Assembly: GCF_032191835.1 (NCBI RefSeq)
Contig: NC_083228.1
Coordinates: 33,976,001 to 34,040,000, forward strand
Direction of reading: 5' to 3'
Source of the DNA: Heteronotia binoei
Lineage: Eukaryota
DNA length: 64,000 bases
Both the position numbers and the translations under genes were made by a program. A model generated the notes under the pieces. It had not been told where the DNA came from. It ran no database searches and saw nothing but the letters and a program-made list of their open reading frames with translations. Shown here piece after piece: positions 25,229 to 37,285 of the stretch; within the stretch, counting starts at the first letter, position 1; every line of letters starts with the position of its first letter.

Positions 25229-25680
25229 CAGTGCTTTTTTTGAGCAGGAATGCAGTTCTGGCTGGCTTGGCCAGGGCTCTGGCTCAAAAAAAAAAGGTCT
25301 CCAGCAGAGAGAAGGCACAAGGCAGCCATGCACTCCCAGACTGTGCACTCTGTCCTCTCTGCTGCCTTCAGCCTCCAACAGGCTTGTGAAGAGAGCAAGA
25401 GATGTGGAGCTGCCCGTGATCGCCCCCTCCCAGGAGAAGCTGGGCCTGCCAGTGCCCACTCCACCACATGTGGCTCTCGCTCTCTCCAGCCATGTTTTTT
25501 TTGGGTGAAACAAGGTGTCTTATCGGGCTCCATAAAATGCAGCTGATGGCACTGTACTATTGTGTGTCAGTATGCAGAAAGCGACCTACTGAATGGGTGA
25601 TGTTACTTCTGGTGACATCAGGGGTGTGGCCTAATGTGCAAATGAGTTCCTGCTGGACTTTTTCTACAAAAAAAGCCCGG
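25229..25680. mobile_element. Longer member of the octamer MITE family
   Basis: Same terminal sequences as 26909-27108, with ~300 bp of extra internal sequence. Confidence 0.7.
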
Positions 25681-25899
25681 GGGGTATCCCATTTTAAGGT
25701 TTTCTCATGCTATGTAGAAAATTAATGGATGAGTGACAGAGCAGACATTCGGTGACGTCTCAGAACTCTTTCCTTGGAGTAAGCCCAGTTTCGTAAGCCC
25801 AAATAGTGAAGGCTTGAAATGGCTATTCAGGAAGGTTAAAGCAGAAAGTGCAAAAACAGGATCACCGCTGAAGTTCAAGAAGACAAAAAATAATGACAA

Positions 25900-26210
25900 T
25901 GAAGGAAGCTGACAGGAAGAAAGTTGTTTCAATTGAGATGTGGTGTTGGAGGAGTTGTTTTACAGATACCGTGGACTGCCAATAAAGACAAATAAGTAGG
26001 TTATAGATTAAAGCAAGTCTGAACTCTCCTTAGAATCTAAAATAACTATATGGGGAATATTGTACTCTTGGTCACAATATGAGAAGAAAGAGTCACCGGA
26101 AAAGACAATGCCAGAAAAAGCTGAAGGCAGCAGGAAAGAGACAGACCCAAAATGAGATGGATTGACTCAGTCTGCAAGACCTAGGCAAGGCTGTCAACAA
26201 TTGATGCTAA
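25900..26210 (+). mobile_element. RTE/BovB-type LINE 3' fragment
   Basis: TTGAGATGTGGTGTTGGAGG...ATACCGTGGACTGCC and AAAGACAATG...GAAGGCAGCAGGAAA...AGATGGATTGAC (FEMWCWR..IPWTA motif region). Confidence 0.7.
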
Positions 26211-26908
26211 ACAATGCCGTTTCAATCCACTTCAGTGATGACTTGTGAGTGGATTTTGTCATTTCACACAGTAAAATCCAGTTGCAAACTGCACTGAAAG
26301 TGAATTGAAAGTATGTTATTTAGTGTGTATGAAAGCGGCCAATCCAGCAAATTCTGCGGGTGTTTATGTTACTGTAAAAAATTCTATAAAAAAGAGACAG
26401 CCATAGAATGCATACACACAGTGCAAACAGTTGTGCTACACGAAGTCATTTCAGCTGAAATAACTGTGGTCTATTTCTAGCATTCACTCGTAAGCTTGAT
26501 TTTTGAACTATTATTTAACAAATTACAATGTCTAAATGTTGCGATATTTACATAACCATTGTTTATGTTATTGTAATTCCTGGGCTGTTATCTAGTGGCT
26601 GCTATCTTGGGATAACAATCCTTCCCTGAAATTAAAAACTGCCAAGGGATTGGATCCTAGGGACAGATGTGGCCCACGGAATGCATTGTATCCCTTTTGT
26701 TCTGCAGTCACCTGTGCCCCCACAAAGCAGTGTTCTTGAGGACCAGGGAACCCTGGGGAACTGAGTGGGATGTAGAAGAAAAGCTGAAGTTTGGCGTAAA
26801 AATGTCAGGCTCCATTCCCCTCCTTACCTCTTGAACAGCTTCTTCTGAAGAATGCATACTTAATTGTGTGTGTCAGGAAATGTTGTTGACCCCCCCCCCC
26901 TGCACATC

Positions 26909-27108
26909 CAGGGCTTTTTTAGAGCAGGAATGCACAAGAACACAGTTCCAGCTGACTTGGCATCAGGGAGTGTGGCCTAATATGCAAATGAGTCCTTGCT
27001 GGGCTTTTTCTACAAAAAGCCATGTGTGAAAGTGGTGCTGTCAGGGGTGTGGCCTAACATGCAAATGAGTTCATGCTGGGCTTTTTCTACCAAAAAAAAA
27101 AAGCCCTG
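26909..27108. mobile_element. hAT-type MITE, octamer family (two octamers)
   Basis: CAGGGCTTTTT...AAAGCCCTG; TSD TGCACATC/TGCACAGC (7/8). Confidence 0.85.
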
Positions 27109-27288
27109 TGCACAGCGATCCCCAAGTTGCACTCTGCTGTGCTCCCTGGGTCTCCCCAACACTCATGCACACTGGGATGAGCAGGCCATGTGGTATTGTC
27201 TCAACTAGACACAATCGCCATTTTGTCTGAATCAGGCAAAACATATATTCCAGCTTTATTGTGCTGAAATTCATCTGTACTTTTTATT

Positions 27289-27745
27289 TTTTATTTATTT
27301 ATTTATTTAGAATTTATATCCCGCCCTTCCCACAAGTGGCTCAGGGCGGCTTCCAACAGTAAATCCAGCATAAAAAATTAAACAATATTTAAATATGAAA
27401 GAATTAAACATTTAAACAGATAAAACCTTAAAAATTAATAAATATTCTAAATATAAAAGAGGAAAACTGGCAAGTTGCATTAAATTCTCAAGCTAGGTAT
27501 AAGCTAGCCGGAAGAGGGTCGTCTTACAGGCCCTGCGGAACTGAACAAGGTCCCGCAGGGCCCTCACCTCCTCCGGCAGCTGATTCCACCATGTAGGGGC
27601 CATAACAGAGAAGGCCCTTTCTCTGGTGGCTTTCAAGCAGGCTTCTTTTGGCCCAGGGATAGTAAGGAGATTTTGTGTTTCCGACCTCAGTACTCTCTGG
27701 GGAATGTGTGGGGAGAGACGGTCCTTTAGGTAGACAGATCCCAAG
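27289..27745 (-). mobile_element. L2-clade LINE 3' fragment
   Basis: YLKDRLSPHIPQRVLRS...RAFSVMAPTWWNQLPEEVR...FRRACKTTLF, then a 3' UTR ending in (TAAA)n. Confidence 0.85.
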
Positions 27746-28575
27746 CCATATATACTGTATGTATTGAAGAAATTGATCTGCTTAGACTAAATGGTAACCA
27801 TGTGTACTGAGACCATTGTGCATATAATGCCTTTAATGTCTTGATAGAGAACCAAAATTGGATATAACCCTAGAGTTCATACCCAGTCATGGAGTCTCTA
27901 TCTCTCTAACACACACATATCAGCTGAGCTCTTATTATGCAGCTTCTGATTATATTTCATAATAAACTTGTCTCACAGTGACACAGAGTAGTGACTGATT
28001 GGGCTATTTATTCAGTGCATTAGTTAGTGCTTTGAAGTACCATGTCATACATTTCACACATACTATGAAAACAGACTTTGTGACAGATTTTAGATAGTCA
28101 GATTTGAAGAAAACTTCTTAAGGAATTAAAGGCCTCAAAGTCTTATTTGCTGTAGTCAAGTAAATATAAATAAATACAGCATATAAATAAGTACAGCATC
28201 TTCTTTCATCTTTGGTTTTGTTTTTCCCACTCCAAGCTGCAGTTCATCAAAATAGGCTGAAGATTCTCAGTGTTAAGATGTGGCTTCTGCTTCCCAGTAT
28301 AGAGGCTTTCAAAAAAGTAGAAAAGTTAGTAGCAATGGCCATGTTAGTATTGTCGAACTGGATTGAAAGGTGCACACAGAAAAGGGGTTCAAGTTCATGT
28401 TAGCTGGTCCTATCCCCAACCCCTATGCACAGATCTTTTTTAAATTTTGTTTTTTCATATCTCATAATTTTGCAGGACCTAGACCATGCATCTAATGTTG
28501 GGTAGAATTCTAACCTTAGAACCAACATGTAGAGGTCAGGGGTGGATCTAGTAAGTAATCTTTGTCATTTCCTGG

Positions 28576-29259
28576 TGTCGTGACTCGAGCCTGGGGTAGG
28601 AAACGGCGGCTGCTAGCGTCCCGGCAGTCAGCCAGAACTTTTGCAGCCGGCTGAGGTTTTCAAGTAGCAGCACAGAAGTTATCTCAAACAGTCCAATTAG
28701 TCAAAACCATAAATCAGTCCGAGCCAAGGGATAAAGCAGGAAGCGTAAACACAGGAATGCTGAGGGTCTGGTAACCGGAGAGAATAGATACGAACGAAGC
28801 CGAAATACCAAAACGAGTCCACAGAGCAGAGTCACAGTCCAGAGTTCCGAAGTCCAAGGTCCAAGCCGGGTCAGAAATACGTGGGTTCTCACAGAAGTCA
28901 TGAGGGTGCAGAGCGCGGTCACGTTCCAGGAGGATCGTTCGTTGCCAGCACAGTTTGCCAAAAGGCCAGGGTTGCAGATATACTGTGCTGGCTTGTTAAC
29001 CCATTAGTATGCCGGGCTTAGATCTCTCCTCCCCCTCATGCGTGCTTCGCTTCTCCTGTTTCTTATCTCCTGCCGTCTCCTTTCACGGAGCCGGCTAACA
29101 GGTGGTGGAGATTCAGGAGGGGATGAGCTGGGGCCCGGCGTGGCCTGATCAATTCCAGGTGGCTCCTGCTGCCGACTTGCCTCCTCAGGACTTACGTCCA
29201 GAGCTGTTAAAGGCGCCTGCTCTGAGCTAGCAGGGGCTGGGTCAGGAGCGGGCATGACA
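28576..29259 (-). mobile_element. Solo LTR (Gypsy-type, 684 bp)
   Basis: TGTCGTGA...GCATGACA termini with a perfect 5-bp TSD CCTGG; CpG-rich, so young. Orientation is tentative. Confidence 0.88.
29004..29255 (-). CDS. Putative 83-aa LTR-internal ORF, Pro/Ser-rich with an Arg-rich C-terminus
   Basis: ATG lies in the LTR terminal repeat (TGTC-ATG); open to TAA; contains RLRERRRQEIRNRRSEARMRGRR. Confidence 0.3.
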   Translation of the reverse strand: MPAPDPAPASSEQAPLTALDVSPEEASRQQEPPGIDQATPGPSSSPPESPPPVSRLRERRRQEIRNRRSEARMRGRRDLSPAY

Positions 29260-29502
29260 CCTGGAGCTGTAAGATGTTTTGAAGTACACCCTGGGGTCCC
29301 CAAAGCTCTGGGAACAATGCTCTTTCCCAAGGTGGAGGGTAATAAAATGCTCAGGTTACCAGCAAAGTTGAGATGAGTTTCCTACATCGAGATAACTATT
29401 TGCACAACTTCCAGGAAGGAGTAAGATGAATGGCTATTTGGATAGCATGAACTGGGCAATAAAGGAGACAGACATATGCTCCACATTGAATGAGGAAAGG
29501 AA

Positions 29503-29755
29503 TGTCAGGGTCTGTAATGTACAGGGTCTGGAGATTTTCAACAGCAAACATACTTTATCGTATAGCACATGACAAAGACAACATGGTGGGGCCAGATCCC
29601 CACTTATATGCTTTCACCTGGAACAGCCCACTTCCTTGCCCGGTCCAATCCTGCCTACCACAGATCTTAATCGGCAGTCATCCATAGTCCCTTACAGTCA
29701 GGTGACCTGCAGTAGTCATGAGGTGTTGGAAATTCAGGGACCGAACTGCAAGACA
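29503..29755 (-). mobile_element. Short LTR-like dispersed repeat, copy 2
   Basis: TGTC...GACA termini, minus-strand GCATATAAG; homologous to 24810-25110; no TSD found. Confidence 0.5.
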
Positions 29756-32348
29756 CAACTGGGTCCCATGAGAGTATCACTTCCCAATCTCAGGACTGAG
29801 TAAGGGATTCCCAACCAGCTTGAGCAGGATTGGTTAAAACCATGCTAACAGTATTCAAGCTGTACTGAGAACAAGGGAAGGAACAGAGGGCCATCAGCCT
29901 TTATTTCCCAAGTTCCAGTGGTTTGCACCATCCTTCTGAAAGGAGGCTGAAGTCACATCAGTGAGTCTGAAATTAGACTAGCTTAAGTGCTGCATTTTCT
30001 GTTCTTAGACTCTGCAGTAGTCTTTAGTGTTATGATATCCTTCCCCCCTATATCCTGTGTTCTAGATTGTAAAATGTGCTGTGGTGAATAAAGTCCTTTC
30101 TCTTTTCAAGAAGTCAGGTTGCATTCAAAGAGCCCCCCTACATTCCTAGCTGCTCATTCAGAGAAAGGGGAGTGGGAGTTAAGGACCTTTGCACTCTGTG
30201 CATGCAGCCATGCACATAAAGTCTTTGCTGAAGTCCCAAACTTCTTGTATATAAGGAAGGATTTTTTCCATTTGGGTGGTGGTAGTCCAAAGACCTGGTG
30301 GGCAAGGGGGAAGAAGTGGAAAAACGCCCTCGCTGACATTTGTTCACAAGCTTTTTTCTCCAGTTTGATTGCCTACATCATGTTATAGCAGGAATATCTG
30401 CTTAAGCTTAAGGCAGTAATCATTCTGAGAGCTGTTATGTGGTTTATGAGATCTCATGGGGACACTTGGGTTTATTTTACTTCTACACATTTAAAACAAA
30501 AAAAGCTAATCTGTTTGCTGTAAAACAGTTAAAATTTGAACAAGTTCCTAAAAATGTTGCTGTCCTGTTTAAGAGATTAGAGACAGGAGAAATCTTTGCA
30601 AATATTGTTGCTTTAACTAGATTACTTGATTAGAGAATTGACTGTGGTACCAGGTTGTCTTTAGAAAAGCAGCTATGAAAATATGTTTGTGGCAATATTT
30701 AAGTGAAACCAGTTGCTTTGTTTTAAACGCACATTCTGCTTTGTGAAGGAGAAGTTAGTAAGCAGTGAATGGCAAGCATTGATGACCAGATAGGTTTTCT
30801 CACCATGTGAGTACCTCATTTACTCAAGTTGATGAATAAAATTAAAATGATCTGAGGACTATATGCTGTTGGGAGCACTAGGCTTTTTTTTATTATTATT
30901 ATGCATTATTCTGGGTTGGAGGAAGTGTTGGGAGCTGGAACAGAACTGCTGGCAAGATGAGTATTAATTTGCTTTTTCTAAACTACTGGGCAGCATTAAC
31001 TGAGGTTGCTGTGTGAGATAACTGTGTGAGGGTTGCTGTGTGAGAAAACTGTGTGAGTGCTTGGAGCCTTTCAGGAGAGAGGTTTCTGATTGCTTCTGGG
31101 TGTCTTTTGTCTGGTTTGTTGCTGAGAGAGAAGGGCCAGTTTGCCTGGGGGTAGTTGCTAGCTCCACCCTCTACTGTTGCCCTTGCTGTTTAGTCAGAGG
31201 TACTGATGTTTTAAATTGCAAGGCTCTTCCTTGTCACAGCCTCTTGCCCTATGGCTGTTAGCCTGAAGGTCTGGTGCCCTGTAGGAAAATGAGTAGCTAC
31301 TCAAAAGTAATCTAAAGAGGTAGTTTTCAGGGAAGTCAAGATTAAAAAAAACTAATTTTAAAATTGATTGTAGCAGCATGGCTGATGAGGGAGCTAAGGC
31401 AGTGATGTGTAAAGTCTGTGGGATGTTTGTATTCTTACCTGAGCATAACCGCGATTACACCTGCAGCAAGTATAAGTTGGTAGCCCTACTGGAGGAGAAG
31501 ATGCAGGGACCTGAGGCACTCTTGTTGACACTATAGTGTATAAAGGAAAGTGAGGATTTCCTGGGCAGAACCCATGAAGTGCTCTTGAGAGGACAACAGG
31601 TGGAAGAGGAAAAGGTATCTCAGCAAATGAGGAGAACCCAACACAGGAGGAGGATGTATGGGAAAATGTAACCCACAGGAGCAGGAAAATAAGGAAACGT
31701 TCTGAGCCTCTGCTGCTAAACAATTGGTTCCAGGATCTCCCCATGGATACTGATTCTGAACCATCAGAACAAGGGCTACTTCCCCAGTCTCCATTAAGCT
31801 TGGTTTCCCAGGACCCCATGGATAAGAAGAACAGCTTCTGCTCCCCAGTATAAGAAGAGGCATGGGCTGGTAATAGGGGATTCCCTACTCAGAGGAGTAG
31901 AGCCCAAAGTGTGCCAACTAGACTTGTTGTCTCAAGAGGAATACTGTCTACAGGGTACACACATCCAGGATCTGAGAGAAAGAGTAGGAAGACCCTTCAA
32001 GGTAATGATTATCCTTTCTTGCTGATCCATGTGGGAACAAATGATACTGCCCAGCACAGCCTGGAACATATTAAAAGGGACTATGTGGTTCTGGGTCAGA
32101 AGATGAAGGAACTGGGAGTACAGGTTGTGTTTTTGCCCATTCTTCCTGTTGAAGGCTGTGATTTAGGATGGGAAAGAAGAATACTGCAAATAAATGACTG
32201 GCTACGTAGATGATGTCATCAGGAAAGGTTTGGATTTTTGGACTATGGCTTATGCTTTCAAGATTAAGCTCTTCTATTGGAGATGTTTTGCACCTCATGA
32301 AGGTAGGAAAAAAGGTGTTTGGTAAGAACCTTACTAAGCTAATGGAAA

Positions 32349-32645
32349 AAGGAAAGGTCCCCTGTGCAAGCACCAGTTGTTTCCGACTCTGGGGTGACGT
32401 TGCTTTCACAACATTTTTACGGCGGACTTTTTATGGGGTGGTTTGCCATTTCCTTCCCCAGTCATCTATGCTTTCCCCCCCTGCAAGCTGGGTACTCATT
32501 TTACCGACCTCAGAAGGATGGAAAGCTGAGTCAACCTCGAGGCAGCTACCTGAAAACCCAGTTTCCACTGGGGATCGAACTCAGGTCGTGAGCAGAGCTT
32601 AGGACTGCAGTGCTGCAGCTTTAACACTCTGCACCACAGGGCTCT
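32349..32645 (-). mobile_element. Sauria SINE inserted in CR1
   Basis: Reverse complement of the same family as 5917-6230. Confidence 0.9.
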
Positions 32646-33012
32646 TTACTAAACTAATAAGGAGGGCTTTAATGCATGGGAAAGCAAGACAATAATTCAA
32701 AGCCTAGTATGATGCCAATAGCTAGAAATAAGAATTCTAAAGTTTTGCAGGGAGTGGATACATTTGGTAACATTAACTCACAGGTATGTAAGGAAATGAA
32801 AACATCAGGTGCATAAAACATGAATTCCAATGTCTCTACACTAATGAGAAACAAGCAGGAGGAACTGGAAATCCTAATACAGGAAGGGGACTATGACTTA
32901 ATACGCATTGCTGACACTTGGTGGAATGACACTCGGAATATTAAGATTGAGGGGTACAACTTATTTAAAAGGGACAGACAAATAAGGAAGGGTGGATGTA
33001 TAGTATTATATG

Positions 33013-33199
33013 CAGGGCTTTTTGGTAGAAAAAGCCCAGCAGGAACTCATTTGCATATTAGACCACACCCCTGATGTCACCACTGTTTCACTAAAGACTT
33101 TTATGTAGAAAAATCCTATCAGGAACTTATTTGCACACCCCCTGATGCCAAGGCAGCCAGAACTATGTTCCTGTGCGTTCCTGCTCAAAAAAAGCCCTG
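33013..33199. mobile_element. Octamer MITE inserted in the CR1 endonuclease
   Basis: CAGGGCT...AGCCCTG; TSD ATTATATG/ATTTTATG (7/8). Confidence 0.88.
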
Positions 33200-34089
33200 A
33201 TTTTATGTGAAGGAGATATATACTTGTGAGGAAATTTGTGAATCTGAGCATGGCAGTTCATTTGAGAATCTCTAGGTAAAAATAAGAGGAGTAAGAAATA
33301 ACAGTGATATTATGGTGGGGATCTGCTATAGACCACCAAGCCAGGCAGAGGACTTGGTTGAGATACTCCTACAACAGATCACAAAGTTCTCAAAAAGAAA
33401 AGACACAATGGTCATGGAAGATTCAATTCCCTGGACATCTGCTGAAAGTCCAACTCTGCTAAAGATGAAAGGCCAAATAAATCTCTGACTTGTCTTTCTG
33501 ACAACTTCATTTTCCATAAAGTGGAGAAGGAAACAAGGGGATTTGCTATCTTGGACTTGATTCTCACCAACAGGGAAGAATTGGTTAATGAGGTGGAAGC
33601 AGTGGGGACCCTGGGTAGTAGTGAACATGTGATTCTGAAATTTACAGACTTGGGGAATGTTTGACTTCAGGAAAGCAAATTTTGACAAAGTTAAGAGTGA
33701 TGCTGGGTAAAATCTCATGGTCAGAAATGTGTAAGGAAAAGGGAGTTCAAGAAGGGTGGGAATTCCTTAAAAGCAAAATATTGAAAGCACAATCACAGAT
33801 TATTCCTATGAGAAGGAAAAATGGGAGGAGTCTAAAGAAGCCAAGGTGGCTCCATAAACAGCTCTCTAAGTACATGAGAATTAAAAAAGACTCATAGGAA
33901 ATGGAAGGAGGGTCTTATAACCAAAGATGAATATAAACAAATAACCAGTGCTTGTAGAGAAAGTTAGGAAAGCGTAAGCTTAGAATGAGCCTAGGCTAGT
34001 GAGAGATGCTAAAAACAACAAAAGGATTCTTTTCCTATGTTCAAAATAAGAAAAAGAGCAAGGACATGGTAGGCCCATTGTGAGGACAA

Positions 34090-36000
34090 GATGTCATTGG
34101 CTCCCTCAGTTGCTAGGCTGAAATTTCTGACATGGCATACAATGGTCAACCCATTGCTCTATATGAGCATTCATTTTAGGCCAATACATGATTTGATGAA
34201 CCTATGCTCTTGATCTCTGCATACCTTGGTGGAGAGAGTGAAGCAGGACCAGCATGTGAAACCTTGAGGAATCAGTATTTTAGAGCCAATCATAAGTAAG
34301 TAATTTTTAATACCTGATTTGATCCCTAAGAGGCCAATAATATCTTAAGATCCAGTTTAATTTGCTTTTGCCAATGTGGCCATCCATGAGATGCAAGGCT
34401 CTGAGAGCCTGTAATTCATGGTCTGTCATTGTATGGTCTTGAAGCTGCTTTAGCAAGGAATCACCAAGTGTTCAGTATCTGCCAAACTGTAAATTACTTT
34501 GTCCTCATAAATGAGATTGGGTGTAGAGGACAGATGGAGTGTAATAGCTCTGGAAAGGGTGTCCGCCACCAGCATGTCCTTTCTTGTAGTGTAAGCAATC
34601 CGGATGTCCTATTTTTGGAGCTGTAACAGCATCCTTAGTAGTTGTGCTGGAGCCTTTCCAATAGGCTTAGCAAAAATTGCATCCAGAGGTTTATTTTCTG
34701 ACAGGACTAACACTTGGGCACCAAGCACATACTAGTGGAATTTTGTCATGACAAAAAGAATTACTAGAAGTTCTTTCTTGATTTGTACATAGTTTCACTC
34801 AGCCTGCATCAGTGCTCTTGAAGCAAAAGCAGTAGGTTGCTTCTGTTGAAACAGGCATGCTCCCAAACCATCTTTAGACACATCTGCTTGTATTTCCAGA
34901 TGTTCTCCTGGATCAAAATAGCAGTGTACTGAAGCAGTTGTGTTGGCTTGTTTGAGACTGTTTAAGGCTTCCTGTTGTTCAAGTCCTCATTGGCACAGTG
35001 CATCACTTCTCAACAAGGCTTGCAGAGGTGCAGTCAGACTTGATTCATTTGGTACATATTGAGCCAGGTATTGTATTTTACCTCAGAGTCTCTGAAGGCC
35101 TTTCTTGTCCACGGATGGGGACATTTTGTTGATAGCAACTACTTTGTCTTCATCTCGTCTCATGCCATCTTTGGAAAACTCATGGCCATATGCTTGACCT
35201 CTTTTACAAGGAACTGTATCTTATCCTTGTGGAATTTTGCATCCTTTTATTGTGCTTTCTGGAAAACATGCTTTAAAATGTTGTCATGTTACTCTGTCTG
35301 CTGCTGTGATGATCCTGTCATCTGCAATAATATGAACACCTGCGATGTCACCAAAGCATTCATAATTTTTCTGTTGAAATATTTAACTTGAGGAACAGAT
35401 ACCGAAAGGGAGTCTGTTAAAATGGTATCTTCCTCATGGGGTGTTAAAGGCACATGCTTCTGCTAATTCTTTGTCCCATTTTACCTGCCAATAGCCATCT
35501 TTTTCATCTAGGATGATAAACAGCTTCTTCCCAACATCTTCAGCAATGGAAATATAGAAATGTTGCCTCAGCACTGCCTTATTAAGATCATGTGGATCAA
35601 GACAAGTCCATAGTGAACTATTTTGCTTTTGTATGATCACTAGGCTAGGAGTGGGCTTTGTAATTCTTGTGATGATGCCTTGTGCCTCCAGTTGGTGAAC
35701 TGTGTGCTTCAGTTTGTCCAAAATGGACTAGGGAATCTTTCTACACTCATGGACAACATGAGGGATTGTTCAGTCTAAAAAGATGTGGCAAGTGCCAGGA
35801 AAGTGACCCAAGCCTTCAAAACATCCAGGTAGTGCATAAGGAGGTCATCTCTTGGACCAAGTACTATATGGGGTACCGAATGGACTCACCTGAGAAGATT
35901 CAGACTGATGTAGGCATCTCTTCCAAGCAATGGAGGATTCTAATTATCAATCACATAAAAGGTTAGTTGGGCTTCACTTTGCAATGAGCCACAATTTATA
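34090..36000 (-). mobile_element. Old degraded Ty3/Gypsy pol (RT-RNaseH-integrase Zn domain)
   Basis: CLDPHDLNKA..LDEKDGYWQV (RT); IQADVSKDGLGACL..AFASRAL..NY (RNase H); WPKMNAHIEQWVDHC (integrase HHCC). Many stops. Confidence 0.85.
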
Positions 36001-36156
36001 TAGGCATCTCCAAAAGCAACAAGTGTGACTGGCATTTGCATAATGTACATTTTTCCCATAGAGTTTTAGCCACTGTTGCAGGAGTGGTGTTTGTGTCAGC
36101 TCCAATGGGAGACTGGGAGACTTGCTATTGTTACTATGCTGTGCCATGCCTTAGAA

Positions 36157-36293
36157 CAGGGGTGGGGAACAGTGACTCCCCAGATGTTTTTTTGCCTACA
36201 ACTCCCATCAGCCCCAGCCAGCATAGCCAATGGCTGGGGCTGATGGGAGTTGTAGGCAAAAAACTTCTGGAGAGCCACTGTTCCCCACCCCTG
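36157..36293. mobile_element. Palindromic hAT MITE
   Basis: CAGGGGTGGGGAAC...GTTCCCCACCCCTG; flanks CCTTAGAA/CCTTAGAG. Same family as 56050-56184. Confidence 0.9.
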
Positions 36294-36299
36294 CCTTAG

Positions 36300-37241
36300 A
36301 GTGATCCAAGAGCCGCCAGTGGGTGGGCCGGTCGTCCCGGTGATCCCGGCCCCGGTCGCCCCAGTCGGGGGAGACGGGGGGGGCACCGAGAGCTGAAGAT
36401 CACCTTCGATGGGGACGGAGACGCGGTGGAGTACTTCACCATCCAGTGCAACACGTTTTTCACGCACTGGGGAGCGGGCTACCCCACCGAGGCCAGCCGG
36501 GTGGCCCACATCACCTCCAGATTGAAGGGGCCGGCTCAAAAATGGTACGTGGGGCTCTACACCGGTCGAAAACCCGAACTGGCCACCGTCGCAGATTTTC
36601 TACAGGCGATGCTCCGCCAGTACGGAGACCCACTGCGCGAGGAGAAAGCCGTGGCGGCCCTCCAAAGAATAGAACAGGGCAACCGCTCCACGCGTGAGTA
36701 CGCCACCGAGTTCATGGGCCACTGCGCAGCGGCCCGAGGCTGGAACGAAGTGATGAAGTACACCGCGTTCAAAAATGGCCTGAACGCGAACATCTTGGAT
36801 AGATGTTACCACCAGGGGAGACCAGATACCCTGGTGGGGTGGATTCAACTAGCCGGAGAAGCTGAGACCGACCTCCAGCATGTGGGGATGCGCCGCCAGC
36901 AACAGGGCAAGAAAGGAGTCAAGTCGAGCCCCTCTCCGAGCAAAGGAGAAGGCAAGCGCGGCCCCACCACGTCAGCACCTTCAACCACCGCACGGAAGTG
37001 CTTTAGATGCGGAGATCCAAATCACCTGGCGGCCAACTGCCCGGTGAAGCCGCCACCAACTCCGACGCCTTCCAAGACGGCGCCAACCGCACCGAAGAAG
37101 AAAGGCGGGCGTGCAAAAGAGCCCAGTCGGGGCACCGTCGCCACCTCCCTGGCGATTGACGAGGAAGTTACCACCGTGGAAGAGTCCAGCGAGGAGTCCT
37201 GAGACCAGGAGTCGGCGGGAAACGACAGCGACCTGCTTTAA
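36300..37241 (+). pseudogene. Gypsy gag (capsid plus CCHC knuckle), in-frame TGA at 37200-37202, likely native TAA at 37239-37241
   Basis: FDG...QC, IEQGNRSTREYATEF, FKNGLN, CFRCGDPNHLAANC; frame open from 36300. Confidence 0.9.
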
Positions 37242-37278
37242 TCAGTGCCGCGAGGCAGGTTGACAAAACGCCGGCACT
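37217..37278 (+). promoter_or_regulatory. Programmed -1 ribosomal frameshift signal: G GGA AAC plus H-type pseudoknot
   Basis: Heptamer in the gag frame; the -1 frame is open into pol; S1 37229-36/37255-62, S2 37244-50/37272-78. Confidence 0.88.
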
Positions 37279-37285
37279 ACTAACG

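Larger units (their letters stand above)
31380..34085 (+). mobile_element. 3'-truncated CR1 LINE: ORF1 (Zn finger plus SGNH esterase) and ORF2 AP endonuclease
   Basis: CKVCGMFVFL..YTCSK..LVALLEEK; VIGDSLLRG; LIHVGTND; NKQEELEIL..YDLI.IADTWW; VGICYRPP; ILDLILTN. Degraded. Confidence 0.88.
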
